Assembly (NCBI GenBank): GCA_036172245.1
Contig: JAYWIR010000003.1
Span: 6,386,001 to 6,450,000 of the forward strand
DNA: 64,000 bases
DNA from: Raillietiella orientalis
Taxonomy: Eukaryota
Reading direction: 5' to 3'
The position numbers and the translations under genes are program-made. The notes beneath the pieces were generated by a model. It made no database searches. It was not told the origin of the DNA and was given only the letters and a program-made list of their open reading frames with translations. The first letter of the stretch is position 1. Each line of letters begins with the position of its first letter. Shown one piece after another: positions 26,639-38,600 of this stretch.

Positions 26639-29600
26639 GGAATGATCTCAACGCTGCGTTCCCGTCACATCACTTGAGCGGGATGCTGGCAGATTTCACC
26701 TCCGAGGTCCACCAGAAGCTGCACGGTGCTGCAAGTAAGGGATCTGTCGATGCGGGAGAAAGGAAATGAGCTCAACAAGCATCGGAGCATATCGGGCGGC
26801 ATGATGAAAACATTTTCGTTAAGTGCATAGGGCGTCACGTGCTCGGACACATCTGTTTGTCCCGTGCGAATGAACTCAGGCTGTGGACTTTGTGCTTTGC
26901 ATTCCGAATGGGAATGACTCATCCGTTCCTCAGGCGTACTTTGCGTAGACTTCAAGTCTGTGTACATTGACGGGTCACATCGAGAGAGTTGCGACCACGG
27001 AAAGGTAAAAGCGGAAAAGCGAAAGCACTTCCGGGACCATGGAAATCCTTCTTCGCTTTCAGGTTTTTTTTTTTTTTGTTGTTGTTGTGGGGGGGGGGGT
27101 CGCTGAGTACTTCAAGCGGCCCACGCAGCTCTTTGAGACTGTTCCCCCCCCCCACCCGAGGGTACGTGTGGTAATTTTTTCAAGATACTGGGAGGGGACC
27201 GCCTCTCACGCCTGGGGAGGCATCCCCGAAGGGAACCTCCCAGCCCTGGTTGTCTCCGACGGGAACCCGAAAGAGAATCCTCCCCTTCTTTACTCTCTCC
27301 GGAGGGACCCCCGAAGGGATCGGCTCCATGTTTTCTTCTCCGAAGGGAACCCGCAAGGGAACCTCTTCTGTTTACTCCTCTGAAGGGAACCCCGAAGGGA
27401 CACTTCCGAAGTTCAGAAGGGCTCTCCCCGAAGAAAGCGGCACGCTTCTCTGGAACTCTAGAGATGTGGCGACACACCTTCTCTACGGAAGGTCCCTCCC
27501 CAAGGGGGGTCCGCTCCTATGCACAACCGGAGGAAAACTCCCACTCCTTGATTCCTGGAATGGATCTTCCATTGCTTGGGACCTCGTCGGGGGCACGCAG
27601 TTTGAACCGCTACTGGGCGCCGCCCCCGGAAGTAGGCCGAACAGCGCGATCTCGCGGGTCTCCGACTCGAACCCACGACGCGCACAAACTCTTTGCGTCG
27701 ATTCTCGCCGAGTATTCGAACCCGCAGCGCCATGTGCCGCACGCGGAGACCGTAACCACAGGGCCTCCGGCGCGGGCCTCGGGATAGCATCTTCGCCAAA
27801 TGGACACTTTCAAATGATGCTCCTTCGAACGGCTTCTCCACATCGATAGGATGCTCCGCGAATGTTCCCAAGACAACGGAGATAGCAGCACGGACGTTCC
27901 TGCTAACACAATGACGACGTCTCGGAGCGGAAAACGAAATTCTGCAATCTTTTTGTTAGATGAGGAAAAATTTCGGCCAGTTGAATCCGCAAGTCCCCCA
28001 AACTTTCAAGGCGGGAAGGAATGCGAAATGGGAATTTTCCTTTTCTTTCTTACGATGCTCGCTTGTCCATCCTAATGAACCTAACTGTGGTTGTCAGGAT
28101 CCTGGATGGTCCACCATTTGATAACTGGAGAGAGTTTTTTCCCGTCGCGTGTTCGAGCAAAGCAGTTGTTCCGTGTTGTCTTGCAGAACTCCGGAAGCAT
28201 CAGAATTTTTTCCATCCAGCGATTCGTTGTTCGGTACAAATAATTGATAAACGTTGCCGAGCGTGGGAGAAAAGTGGGCAGGGCATCTCGGAACATGTGA
28301 TTTGGCATGCAGCTAGAAGGACTTTCGACTCTGATCGGTCCCTGCTGCAGACGAGTGCCTCAAGATGAGTGAGTGTGCCTCCCCCCCTATTGCAAGAACG
28401 GGAACGAGCTGTTCCATAAGCAGCAGCACGGGAACACTCGGATCGCTTCCGGTGGGGGGCGCAATCGCGGCAATTCCGGCAACGACCTCCATCCTATTAT
28501 TTACTCTGCGTGGTTGACACGTCGTCAACCGGAACGGCAATTCCCTCCACGCCGCATCCGTGCATCAGCTGCTCTGGCCCGCAGGCAGCGTGCGAGAGTC
28601 GGTGGGATCTTAAGGGAAGGGAGACACACACCTCCGTGGATGAAAGGCATATGCAGAACGTGGAAACTTCAGAGCCGAGGAACACGAAATGGACGATGGC
28701 TACTCAGAGACTGCTCTGCGTCAGAGCAGTCATTCAAGTGATGCCGCTGAAGAACTTTCATTCTTCACTTTCTGGTCAGCCTCCTTATCCCGGACGACCG
28801 TTCCTGCGTATGCAGGCGGGAAGACGGATGGAGTTCCGTAGGCAGCGAAATCGAAGTATTCCCCCCTTCCCACCCCCACCCCCAGCAAGTATCTCGCAAA
28901 GATTTTCCTCTTTACGCGGCCAAGGTGGTTCGACGTCCCTGTTCTGTTCCAACACGGTCTTCACGGACGTGAAGACGTTGCTGGGTGGGGACTGCAGATG
29001 AGGAAACCGATCTTTCGAGTGATCAAGCGTCGATGCCTCCGGTGCAGCACGGAAACACGAGACTGAGGAATGAGCGACGCGAAGAGATGCAGCCTGCATC
29101 GACGCGAACAAGCGAGGGAAGCGAAGTTCTCAGGATGCTGCAGGAGCCAAACCAAACACGCAGGCAAAAATAAGCAAGGTGGCCCGTGGGCAAGAAGGAA
29201 TGAAGGGCGAGGACGCGCGAAAAGACTTGAAAATTCATCGGGTCTGAAGTGATCGCACGATGAAACGGGGGGCCTCAAGAGATGAAAAATTCTATGATTC
29301 TGTGACATCTTCCCCTCATCGAACATCATCGAAAGTGCTGAAGGGAAATACGTGTTGCATACGTGCGCCATTTTCTTTTGTTAAACAGTTTGCTTCATCT
29401 TTACGATATTTTGGCTAACGATTTCAGGAAGGAAAAAAAAAAAAACTCTTACCACGTGCTGTGGGAGCGCTTCCTTGCACCGGGGGGGGGGTCCTTTTGC
29501 TACTTTTGCTCCATTCGATAATTCTCGCTCGTCAGGGCAGACTTTCACCTCCTATGGTGAAGATTTACAGAGGCTGTCCAATGCCTTCGGGTTTCAGTGG

Positions 29601-32600
29601 ATTCATCCCATTTTCCATTTCAGGTTCCCAATTTCACGAAGATATTCCTCCATGGAAAACAAGACAGTCTCCATGAAAGTGAGAATCTCAAGTAAGTAAT
29701 CAAAGTTGGTCGTCCCCTCTCTCTCTCTCCCCCCCCCCCTCTTTCCCCCATCCACCGAGCATTTGTCAGGGAAAATAATTGAATTCGTGCTGCATCTTTA
29801 CCTTCCGGTATCTGCAACAAGTTTTAAGGCCTGCAAACCTTTTCTCGCGATTCTCATGAGAGTACGTGAAAACATTGGAAAATTTAGACCCCAAAAAATC
29901 GCCACTTCACGAGTGCGCTGACTAGGAGTGGGGAGAAAATGGGGGACTTTGGGAGATCAAGGTGCTGCTGCTGCTGCACTTTGAAGTTTTCTTGTGGCAC
30001 TCGGTCTGAGCCTCCTCACAGCGTGGTTTCGTTTCTTCGCAAGGAAAAAAGGATTTCTGATTTTCGATTTTCCAGCACCACGGGTGCTGCGGATTCTGTA
30101 GCTGCAGATGTTTCGTGGCATCCCTGGCATGATGTGCGGCAGAGATGGATGCTCGGGCCTTTGCGAAGTAATTGCTGCTGCTGATGCACCATCGCATCTG
30201 CAGGGCTTTGAGTGAACCTGGGGAAGACCTTCGTGTCTGTGTACACGCGTGTCCTTCCGTATACAGGTACTGGGCGCTGAAAGGAATAGCTGGAGTGCTG
30301 TGGCCTTTGAAAATCCTAGGAGTCCTCTAGTCAATCGCTGTACCGAATGATCGTGCTTTCCTCTATGTCTACCGGATTCCTTCTTTTTTTTTTTTTTTTT
30401 TCTGGACAGGAAGAAATTTCTCAGACGGAGAAGAAAAAGAAATGCAGTCGGCAACACCATAGCATCATACCATGACGTAAACTCTTCGTTCGAACCGTCG
30501 AAAAGATTCCTTCAAGCGTCCTCGCTAATAACGACGTTCGCATTTCCACGAAGTCTTCAGGGAATTTACTTTCGCTTCCAGGAAAGAAGATCCGGCATGA
30601 CGGAACAGGCAAGAGTCGGTGCCTTCATGAAATGCTACTGATCTCAGTGGCCGACACCAAACTGCGTGATCAGTTGCCCGTGACAGCGGTCATGGGCGTC
30701 GAAGAATTCGTAGGGGATTATTCCCCTGCCACGGAAACATGGCTGCATATCTTCCACCTCGACCTTGCCTGAGTGTCCCATTCTTCGAATTGATCGTCAA
30801 TTAACATTTGCAATACCGAGTCGTTTCATCAGCTGGTTTGACGGACCCCGAAAGCGTGATTCCGTCGACGGACCCTCAACTGATACCGACATGCCCTCCC
30901 TTACTGCTTCCTAATTCGATCCTCTCATCCTGAGCCTCGAATTTTCCCTATTCGTGGACACGTGTTACTTTATCCCCATATTTCTGCTCCGAATTCCATC
31001 CGCCTGTTTTCCACGTTTTGGACTTCCGTCGCATCTTTGCAGCATCCGTCCCCCCTCTTCCTTAAGTTCTCTCTTCGATTCCTCGTCTCACGAGGCGGCC
31101 GTCGGTTTGCAAGCTCCGACTCTCTCTCCGCCGATACCAGGTGGCAGTGCCACTCGTTACCATTGGAAACGTGCTCGTGGTTACCAGGATCCAGCTTCCT
31201 GAAATCAGGGAGGTTTTTCTTATTCCGTGCGCTGTTTTCACGAACTCCTGGTGTCCGCATTCGAGCTTCTTTTATCCTGGTACGAAAATCCTCAGCAATG
31301 TTACTTCCTTCCAGTGTTTCCTCCTACGTGATAACACGAGTCAGGACGTGAGGGTTCTCTCAGGAAGCGCTTGATGACTTCCTTCATAGTGTTTCAAGTG
31401 GCTTTTACTTCCAAGCATCCCACCTGATTTGCAGCAAGCCTGAGGAATCGATCACGTGCTCAGCAAAGTCCAAATCAAATAAGACTATACCGAGTGTGAG
31501 AGTCCCAAACACGAGCAATGTGGTTGAAACGATTTTCGCTGTGCGCTTCCGCACTTGTCCATGGACCATTCCCATCATCCATTCCAAGGCCCTTAACTCC
31601 TGTGATAGGGGCGACCGCTGGCTATTTCCTGGGTTCGAAGAAACACTGGTAGCTCAAGCGCGTAAAGAAAGCAAGCTGTGCAAGCAAGATGAAGGTTTGC
31701 TGAGAAATGGATCGCGTAAGGCTTTTTCTTCTCTTTGACAAATTTCGGCTCCTGGCATGGAGCAAGTTGCTGACTTGCTGGGCTGCCTTCCCGGAGGTCA
31801 TCCTGCAGGGGCTGAAGGACAACGGTTGTTCGAAACCGACCCCGGGTTGGCCCCAGTAAACGGTGAGAGCTGCGTGATTTGCGGGCTACACGTCTGCGTG
31901 AAAGCAGAGCAAATTCAATAGAGTCTGTAGAAGCTACCCATCGCAGAGGAGGGAAGTCTATCAAGGTGGAACGTTCACCTGGGGTGAGAGCAGCAGACGT
32001 TCAGAAAATTACGGAATGGGGATGAGGGGCGGGTCGACATCAGGTCTCTCTCTCTCTCTCTCTGCTTGTCTTCTCACATTTCATACTGCCTTCTCAAATT
32101 TGTCTCACATGGAAGACAAATGGACTTTCCTTCCTTTCTCCTTTGCCGGCTCTCCATTTCAGAAGAACGTAGACGAAAGAGAGACGATAGGAACTCCATT
32201 GAAGGACAGAGAGATTGAAGTTTAGAGAGGAAAAAATTTCCGCATTTTCCAGTTAAGAAACGAAAAGTCCAAAGGGGTATGGGGGTGTGGGACCATTCCC
32301 TTTCTGGAATGCTCTTTGAGAGTCTCCTAAGCCTTAAATTATAGAAATCGCATGGCCATGAATGATGCCTGCCGAAATTCAGTTTGATCGCAGCGTGCAT
32401 CGACTATTCGTGTGCCCTAAAATAAGGTCACGGAGCAAATGACCCCTTCCCGCCTTGCAATGAAGATTCCATTGCATATCCGAGGTCAGATTGGAGAAAG
32501 GAGAGATTTCTTCTCTATGGACTTTAACAAGTCAAACCCGATGGCATCCTTCGATCTTCTTTTCTTTCTCTCTTGAAATTCATCTCGCTATTCATTTCGG

Positions 32601-35600
32601 GATTTTTAAGAAGTTGGGAACGAGCATTTGTGAACCCCGTACCGATCCCAACTCGTACGAATAGAAGCACGGTGGAGGAGGTAACGAGGAGACGACGGCT
32701 TCATGCCCAACACCGGCAGTGTGGCTTTCAAGGGTAGTTTCCCGGGAAACCAGGAACAGATGTGAGTTTCTGGTTGCTCCAGAAACGGTTGCTCACTTGA
32801 CGAGTCGCGAATCCGTCAATGCCAAGTCACTGTTTTTACGTACCAATGCGTACGTCTACCTCTTTCTTTGGCAGACATTTGGACACTTCCGAGTGCTCTT
32901 TCAAGAGCAAATTGCTTTCCTGGGCGGAGAATGTGAGTTCTGCAGAGAAAGTCCTCAACATCTCCAACTTGTCTAACGATGAAGGAATCAATTCCGTCCT
33001 CGCCATGCCAATCAGAAACTGCAACTTCCATATTATAGGCAAGTGGATGGTCATGTGTGGTGGGTGTGCGGAAGAAGTACTGAAGGTCGCTTCCAGGTGT
33101 GGTCGTGGCGATGAACAGAAGTTTCAGCAACGAATTCACCAAGACCGAAGAGCAGCTGCTGGAGGTAAGAGCACTGCTTCGAACCGCAGAAAGATGAAGG
33201 GAGAAATTTCAAGATTTTCGTCATTTTTTGCGGTCTGGGCATCTCCCACACCTTAATGTACAACAAACTTGTGAAAGCGATGGCAAGGCAACAGGTGTCT
33301 CTCGAGGTAAGTTCTCGGTCGAGTGAAGAGTTCCGGGATTTCGAGGCGGGGGGGCCTCTTCGAGATAACACGGAAGTACGCCAATGTGCGACCCGCGCAG
33401 AATTTTCGATTTTTCACTCTGCAGTGTACGTTTGTGTGGCATTTAAAGTCGTCTCGGAGGATGGAGTGTAAAACGATTCGCAGGACTTTTCAGATCTTTC
33501 TCTTCTAAAGGATGAATGGAATCACTTTGTTTTGAACGATCCGATCCCTGATTTCCCTTTCCATCCTAAAAATTCTTTTTCCGTGCATTCTGCTCGAGAC
33601 TCTATTCCGTTCCACGCTCTAAATGTGTTTTCGGCAATGTGACTGAAAAGAAGGAGGCGGGTTTGCAAAGCGAGCCTCTCGCAGAATCCCACTGGGGGGA
33701 TTTTTCCTCCCTTCCTCACCCATCACCATGGGATTCGGTTTGTGGGTGGTAGCTGTGGGAACGATCAGGAGATCATGCGGCAAACTTGGTAGCACGTGAG
33801 TTCAAACGACCATCCTTTCCCTTTGGTTTCATCACGTGATCTTTCGGTCGTTACGAGGAAGTCGAATTTCGCCAAAGCCGCCTCGCGGTCCTCCCCGTTC
33901 CGAATTTCTTCCCTTTTCGTTTGCTGAACAGCAATGCTCCGCAAATGGCAAATAACTCACTCACCTGTCTGCTTCGGAGGTCAGATGGAAGTGTGGGCAG
34001 GCGATCATGGAAAATCCCTCGACTGTCCCTCGAAACCAACGAATCCTTCCATCTGTCGAGTTGCAGGTGCTTCCTCTTTCTGGGTTGGGCGTCTCTTCCT
34101 TGTTCCGATGAGGAAGCCGTTGGCAGAACGGAAATGAGCTCTTACCATGAAAACTCTTTGGCCGTTTCGCGACTGCTTTGGGGGGAGCGGCCGGATGCTC
34201 GTTGAACGGATGCCTCCCAACATCTTCTTTTACCTTCGCCGGATTGCTGGAGGCGGTGATCTCACGGGGAAGGTGACAAAGAGTCGCAGTCGAGATTAGC
34301 CATCGAGGTTTCGGAAACGGAAGCACCTCCGAGGTCAGACTTCCGCAAAGAACTCGGCGTCCGCCCGAGAGACTGTCAGGGCACGAGCTGTCAGGACAGT
34401 CGAAAGAGGATTTGGCGGTGCAGAATGATCTGAGCTTTCAGCACAAAGCGGCTCGAGATGGGAGGATTTGCATGGGCAGCAGGGCGTCTTCCAAGAAAGA
34501 TTTCTCGGAAGACGGCGTTTCATTTTGGAGGGAACATTAAAATGCAGATGGTTGTTCGAGAGAGATCGTTGTGAATCGGCAGCTGCATTCCACTCATCTT
34601 CTCGAGGTACCTATCTGCTCTTATCGAAATTTCCTCCGATTCCTGTCACCGTTTTCCAAGCAAACCGCGAGGAAGGATAGCGATTTTTTTTGCTCCGCCT
34701 GCCATGTATCATACTTCCGTGTCCGAAAAACTCCTTGCTGTATCTTTTTCTTTTGTCCACTGTCTGCGCCTATGGTAACATCCTCTTGGCAAGGCAGCAT
34801 TGGATTCCTCCGTTCAATTCCACCGATGGCTCACTCCGTTTCTCTTTCTTTTCCTTCGCTCTCTTTTTTTTTCTTTTTTTTTTTTTTTTTGCCGATTTCT
34901 ATCCGCCAATTCTTGTGCGGAGTCATTTGCTTCATTCCTATGACATCCTGATCCAATGCAACCTTATGGAGACGCATGTCCTAGGAAACCTAGGAAGCAG
35001 CTTCTGGGATGAAATGAGAGAACTGCATGGTTGACTTGAAGGTTGAGTCGTCTCCTGGAGGAAGCTGAAACCAACCGAATGAGTAGGCATTCTCTCAAAA
35101 AAGGCCAATGACAAAAGGCAAAAGGGATGCGATGAGTTTGTTGACAAAACATTAGGTGCTCAATTTCAACAGATCTTTTCTATTTCCTGCTTACTTTAAA
35201 AAAAAAAAAAAAAAAAAAGGCGGGACGAAGAAGTGGTTGTTTTCCCCGATTCTGGACCATTTTTTCATGCTCATATCCTGGGAATGTTTGGCATCGGAAC
35301 GGTTCCGATTCCCACCACGTTTTCCGTTACTTTGCTAAGAATGCAATCAGCAGGGCGTGAATCGAGCCGTTGCCAATGGCCCCTTTGCATCTGGCAAAGG
35401 GGCCGTTTCGGCCCTTCCTCGCGTGATGCAGAGCTGCAGCAACTCCTTTGCTCCACGTTGGCTGTGACGCCAACATGCTTGTTGAAAGGGAACCGAAACT
35501 CCAGTGAAGTTCAGGGGTTTTCGCAGACTGAATGCACAAGACACAGATTTTCGTTACCTGACACACACTGGGCATGGAAGACTTGTCTGCCCAGGATGAC

Positions 35601-38600
35601 CCTCCGGTTGGAACAAGTCATGCCGTCCATAACGCTGGCAGCATATGGTACCAAGTTTCTTTGTCAACTGCCCCTCTTGCTGCACTTAGCGATTCTACTT
35701 CCTTCCTCTCTCTGTTCAAAACTGTGCCTACTGGAGAGTTCCTTAGGAGTATTCCGGGATTTTTACACATTGTTTTTTTTTTTTTTTTTTTCTCTTTGAA
35801 AAAGGGAGTTCTCTTCCCTCATCTCATTTCTAAGACGCTTTTTAACTGCTACTGCAAACAGGGATGACATTCCAAAGTCTTGTAAATGCACGGGGATACT
35901 GAGCGTGAGCCTGGAAAAAGGTGGGATCACTGAAGTGTTTCACTGCAGGGATACGCTCTCCAGTTCTGCTGAACTAGGTCTGAGTAGATCGGTGTTTCCT
36001 GAGCCCTTATAGCCACGATATCTGGGAATTTCCATCGCTTGGGATAAAAACCGGAGGACATTGCGAACCACGGGAACCCATTCTTTTTTAGGATTGCCAT
36101 CCAACAGCTCCTGGAGTGTCTCGTTATGAAATGCCCTGAAGAGGTTCTTCGGAGATTTTTCTCTCATCTCATTGGCATTACTAGCCTTCCAAATCTGCTT
36201 CTTTCTTCCGTTGAAAGGCATTTTCGGAGAAGTAAGATGTTTTAGAGCATCACGAATAAGAGTTAGTGTTCCATTATATCTCACACCCTCCAACCCAAAT
36301 GCTTGAATGCTTAGTCAGTTGTGCCATCGGATCTCAGCTGCCCCAGAAGATGAAATCCAAATTCTTTGACCACTCTGATGCGAGCTCAGGATCCGAGTAT
36401 TTCCGAGAGAAAATATCCGACGTTCTCATCTGAGACGATCTTCAGAGACATTGGCTGCTCTTCGCTTGCTCAGTGGATTGATTCTTCTCCCCCCCCCCTT
36501 CTCTGAGGGGAAAAGGCAGAGCGAGAGAGCTCCTCTTTTTCGGCTTTGCACGTGTTCCCTTTTTTGATCCTCCCTTGCTCTCAGTGACAGGTAAAACAAA
36601 GCTGAAACCACAAATTCTTCACGCTGTCTTCAGAGCTGATCCGGAAACTGCTGGATGCTGTATTGAAACGCAGGAGGTTACCTCAATCCTTAACGCCACG
36701 GGTTTCGAGGGTTCATTTTTTCTTCACTCTTGCTCTGAAGGCTCCCATCGAGAGAATTCAATGGGGAGGGTCTCGCCATCATGGCCGGGCTCTCCTCCGA
36801 TCCAGTCACAGTCTTCATCATTTTTTATGAGAGCGGAAATGTTTGCCTCGAGAGATTGGAGGCTTTTTGAGGGTTCCCGCGAGTTCTCGTTGCGGAGTTA
36901 ACGAATCGTAAAACGGACGGAACCGCGTTTAACAGGGATAAACTTACACGTGCGTGGATCGCGAAAATCCTTGAATCCGTGAGCCTGTCCTGTGCAAGCA
37001 GCGTCATCCCTCCGCACGTCAGAAACGCTTCTCTCGAAAACGCCAATCCGTGAGATAACGGATCCGTCTACAGTCACGAAGAGCAGCATCGAATCGCACG
37101 TATTCGCCCCATTGATGGAAAGGAGGTGCAGATGAACCACAATAAAGAGCGGACCTTCGAACGCTTAGCGAAATGGAACAGAGAGATGAAAAAGTCGCGT
37201 CTCTCAGTCGCAGATGGCAAAGACTGGAGAAGTGGCTGCTTAGGAGAAGTGAGAGTGTTGGGACTGTTTCTTAATAGCGTGAGCAAGAAGAAACAACGGT
37301 CAGCACGGTTGCCCTGCAGAATCATAGACATCATCTCCAGAGAGAAGAAACAAGAAGTCCCAGAAGTCTTTTCCTGGACAGCACTATGGCGGCGGAATCG
37401 ATGACTAAGTTCTTTCGGGAACTGTTGTTTTTTTTTCTTCCTCTTCTTCTTCTTCTTGAAGAATAAATCAGTTTCCATATGAGTTTTGGTCCTTTCTTGG
37501 CCAAGACGGAGCTGGAGAAAAACGTGTGGAAAGATCGTGTGAAGAGCGCAGTTTTCTCTCCTCAGAAATTTTGAAATGAATACAAGATGTGATGGATCCC
37601 CAACAGGGTAAAGACTACCAAACCCCTCTATTAAGCTAATAAGGTTCCTTCTGTGTCTCCGGAAGCTCTTTCCTTTGCTGCTTGGGGCGTTTAGCCTCTC
37701 GAGTCCAATCAAACTCATCGTCTTCCATCTTCCTATCTCTTGCGAGCCCCGAGCGCATCCTTTCAAGATCAAAAAAAAAAAAAAAAAAGCTCCCTGCACT
37801 GTGAAGACCTCAGGAAAAAAAAGTTGCTGTCACTATCATCCATGTTTCTCTTTTTTTTCTTTCTGATCACTGGGATAAGCCCTCCAATACAGCATGCTTT
37901 TCTGGTCCTCTTACATTCAACATTCATTCATTCATTCTCTCTGGTCTTTTCCCCAAAACGACCTTTGCATTTGTTCTTCCACGATCACTGAACTTTTAAT
38001 TGAAGTCGTTTCGCTTTCCTACGCTTTTAAGATCGTTCTAAAGCCCTCGGTCCAGTTTTTCTTTCCAAGGAGAAAGTCAGGCACTCAGTGGCCACAGTCA
38101 ATACCGCGTGTGACCATGACCTTTCCAAATGATTCATCGCGAAACCTTCCTTACTCGGTGCGTTTCCACGATGATCCGAGATTGACCGTTACGTGAAGAT
38201 GGCCTTCGAGGTCTCTGCAGCGAAGATCGCTGCAGAAGAAAATGGCGGTTCTTTGGGAAGACACCCAACTGCAGTTTGGCTCGGAAGATCCGGAAGGATT
38301 CAATGAAAGGAAGAGGCATTCCACCTCAGGGAATTAAGCCATGGTTTCCTTTCCTCCTAAGGCGTTTTGATTTTCAATGGACGTCCCTCGTGACTTTTGA
38401 CCTCCAGTTCGAGTAAGGTTCCATTTCCACGGTCTCGTGTATTTGGGAATGGATGCGATTTATGCAATTTATGCAAAATTATTCGAAGTTGGGATTCTCT
38501 CAACATGTACACAACACGCACTGTGTATAACGTTGGTGTATAACCAAAATGTCAAAGAGACAGGTGAACATTTCAATTTCCACAAAGTTATGATTCCTTC

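Noticed and set aside
32611..32680. Extra PDE exon candidate (SWERAFVNP...VEE|gtaacg)
   Set aside because: Phases are incompatible with exons 5 and 6, which already join in frame.
35600..35770. Integrase-like peptide on - ([15 protein letters not shown])
   Set aside because: Only one short motif; no DDE residues or LTR context visible.
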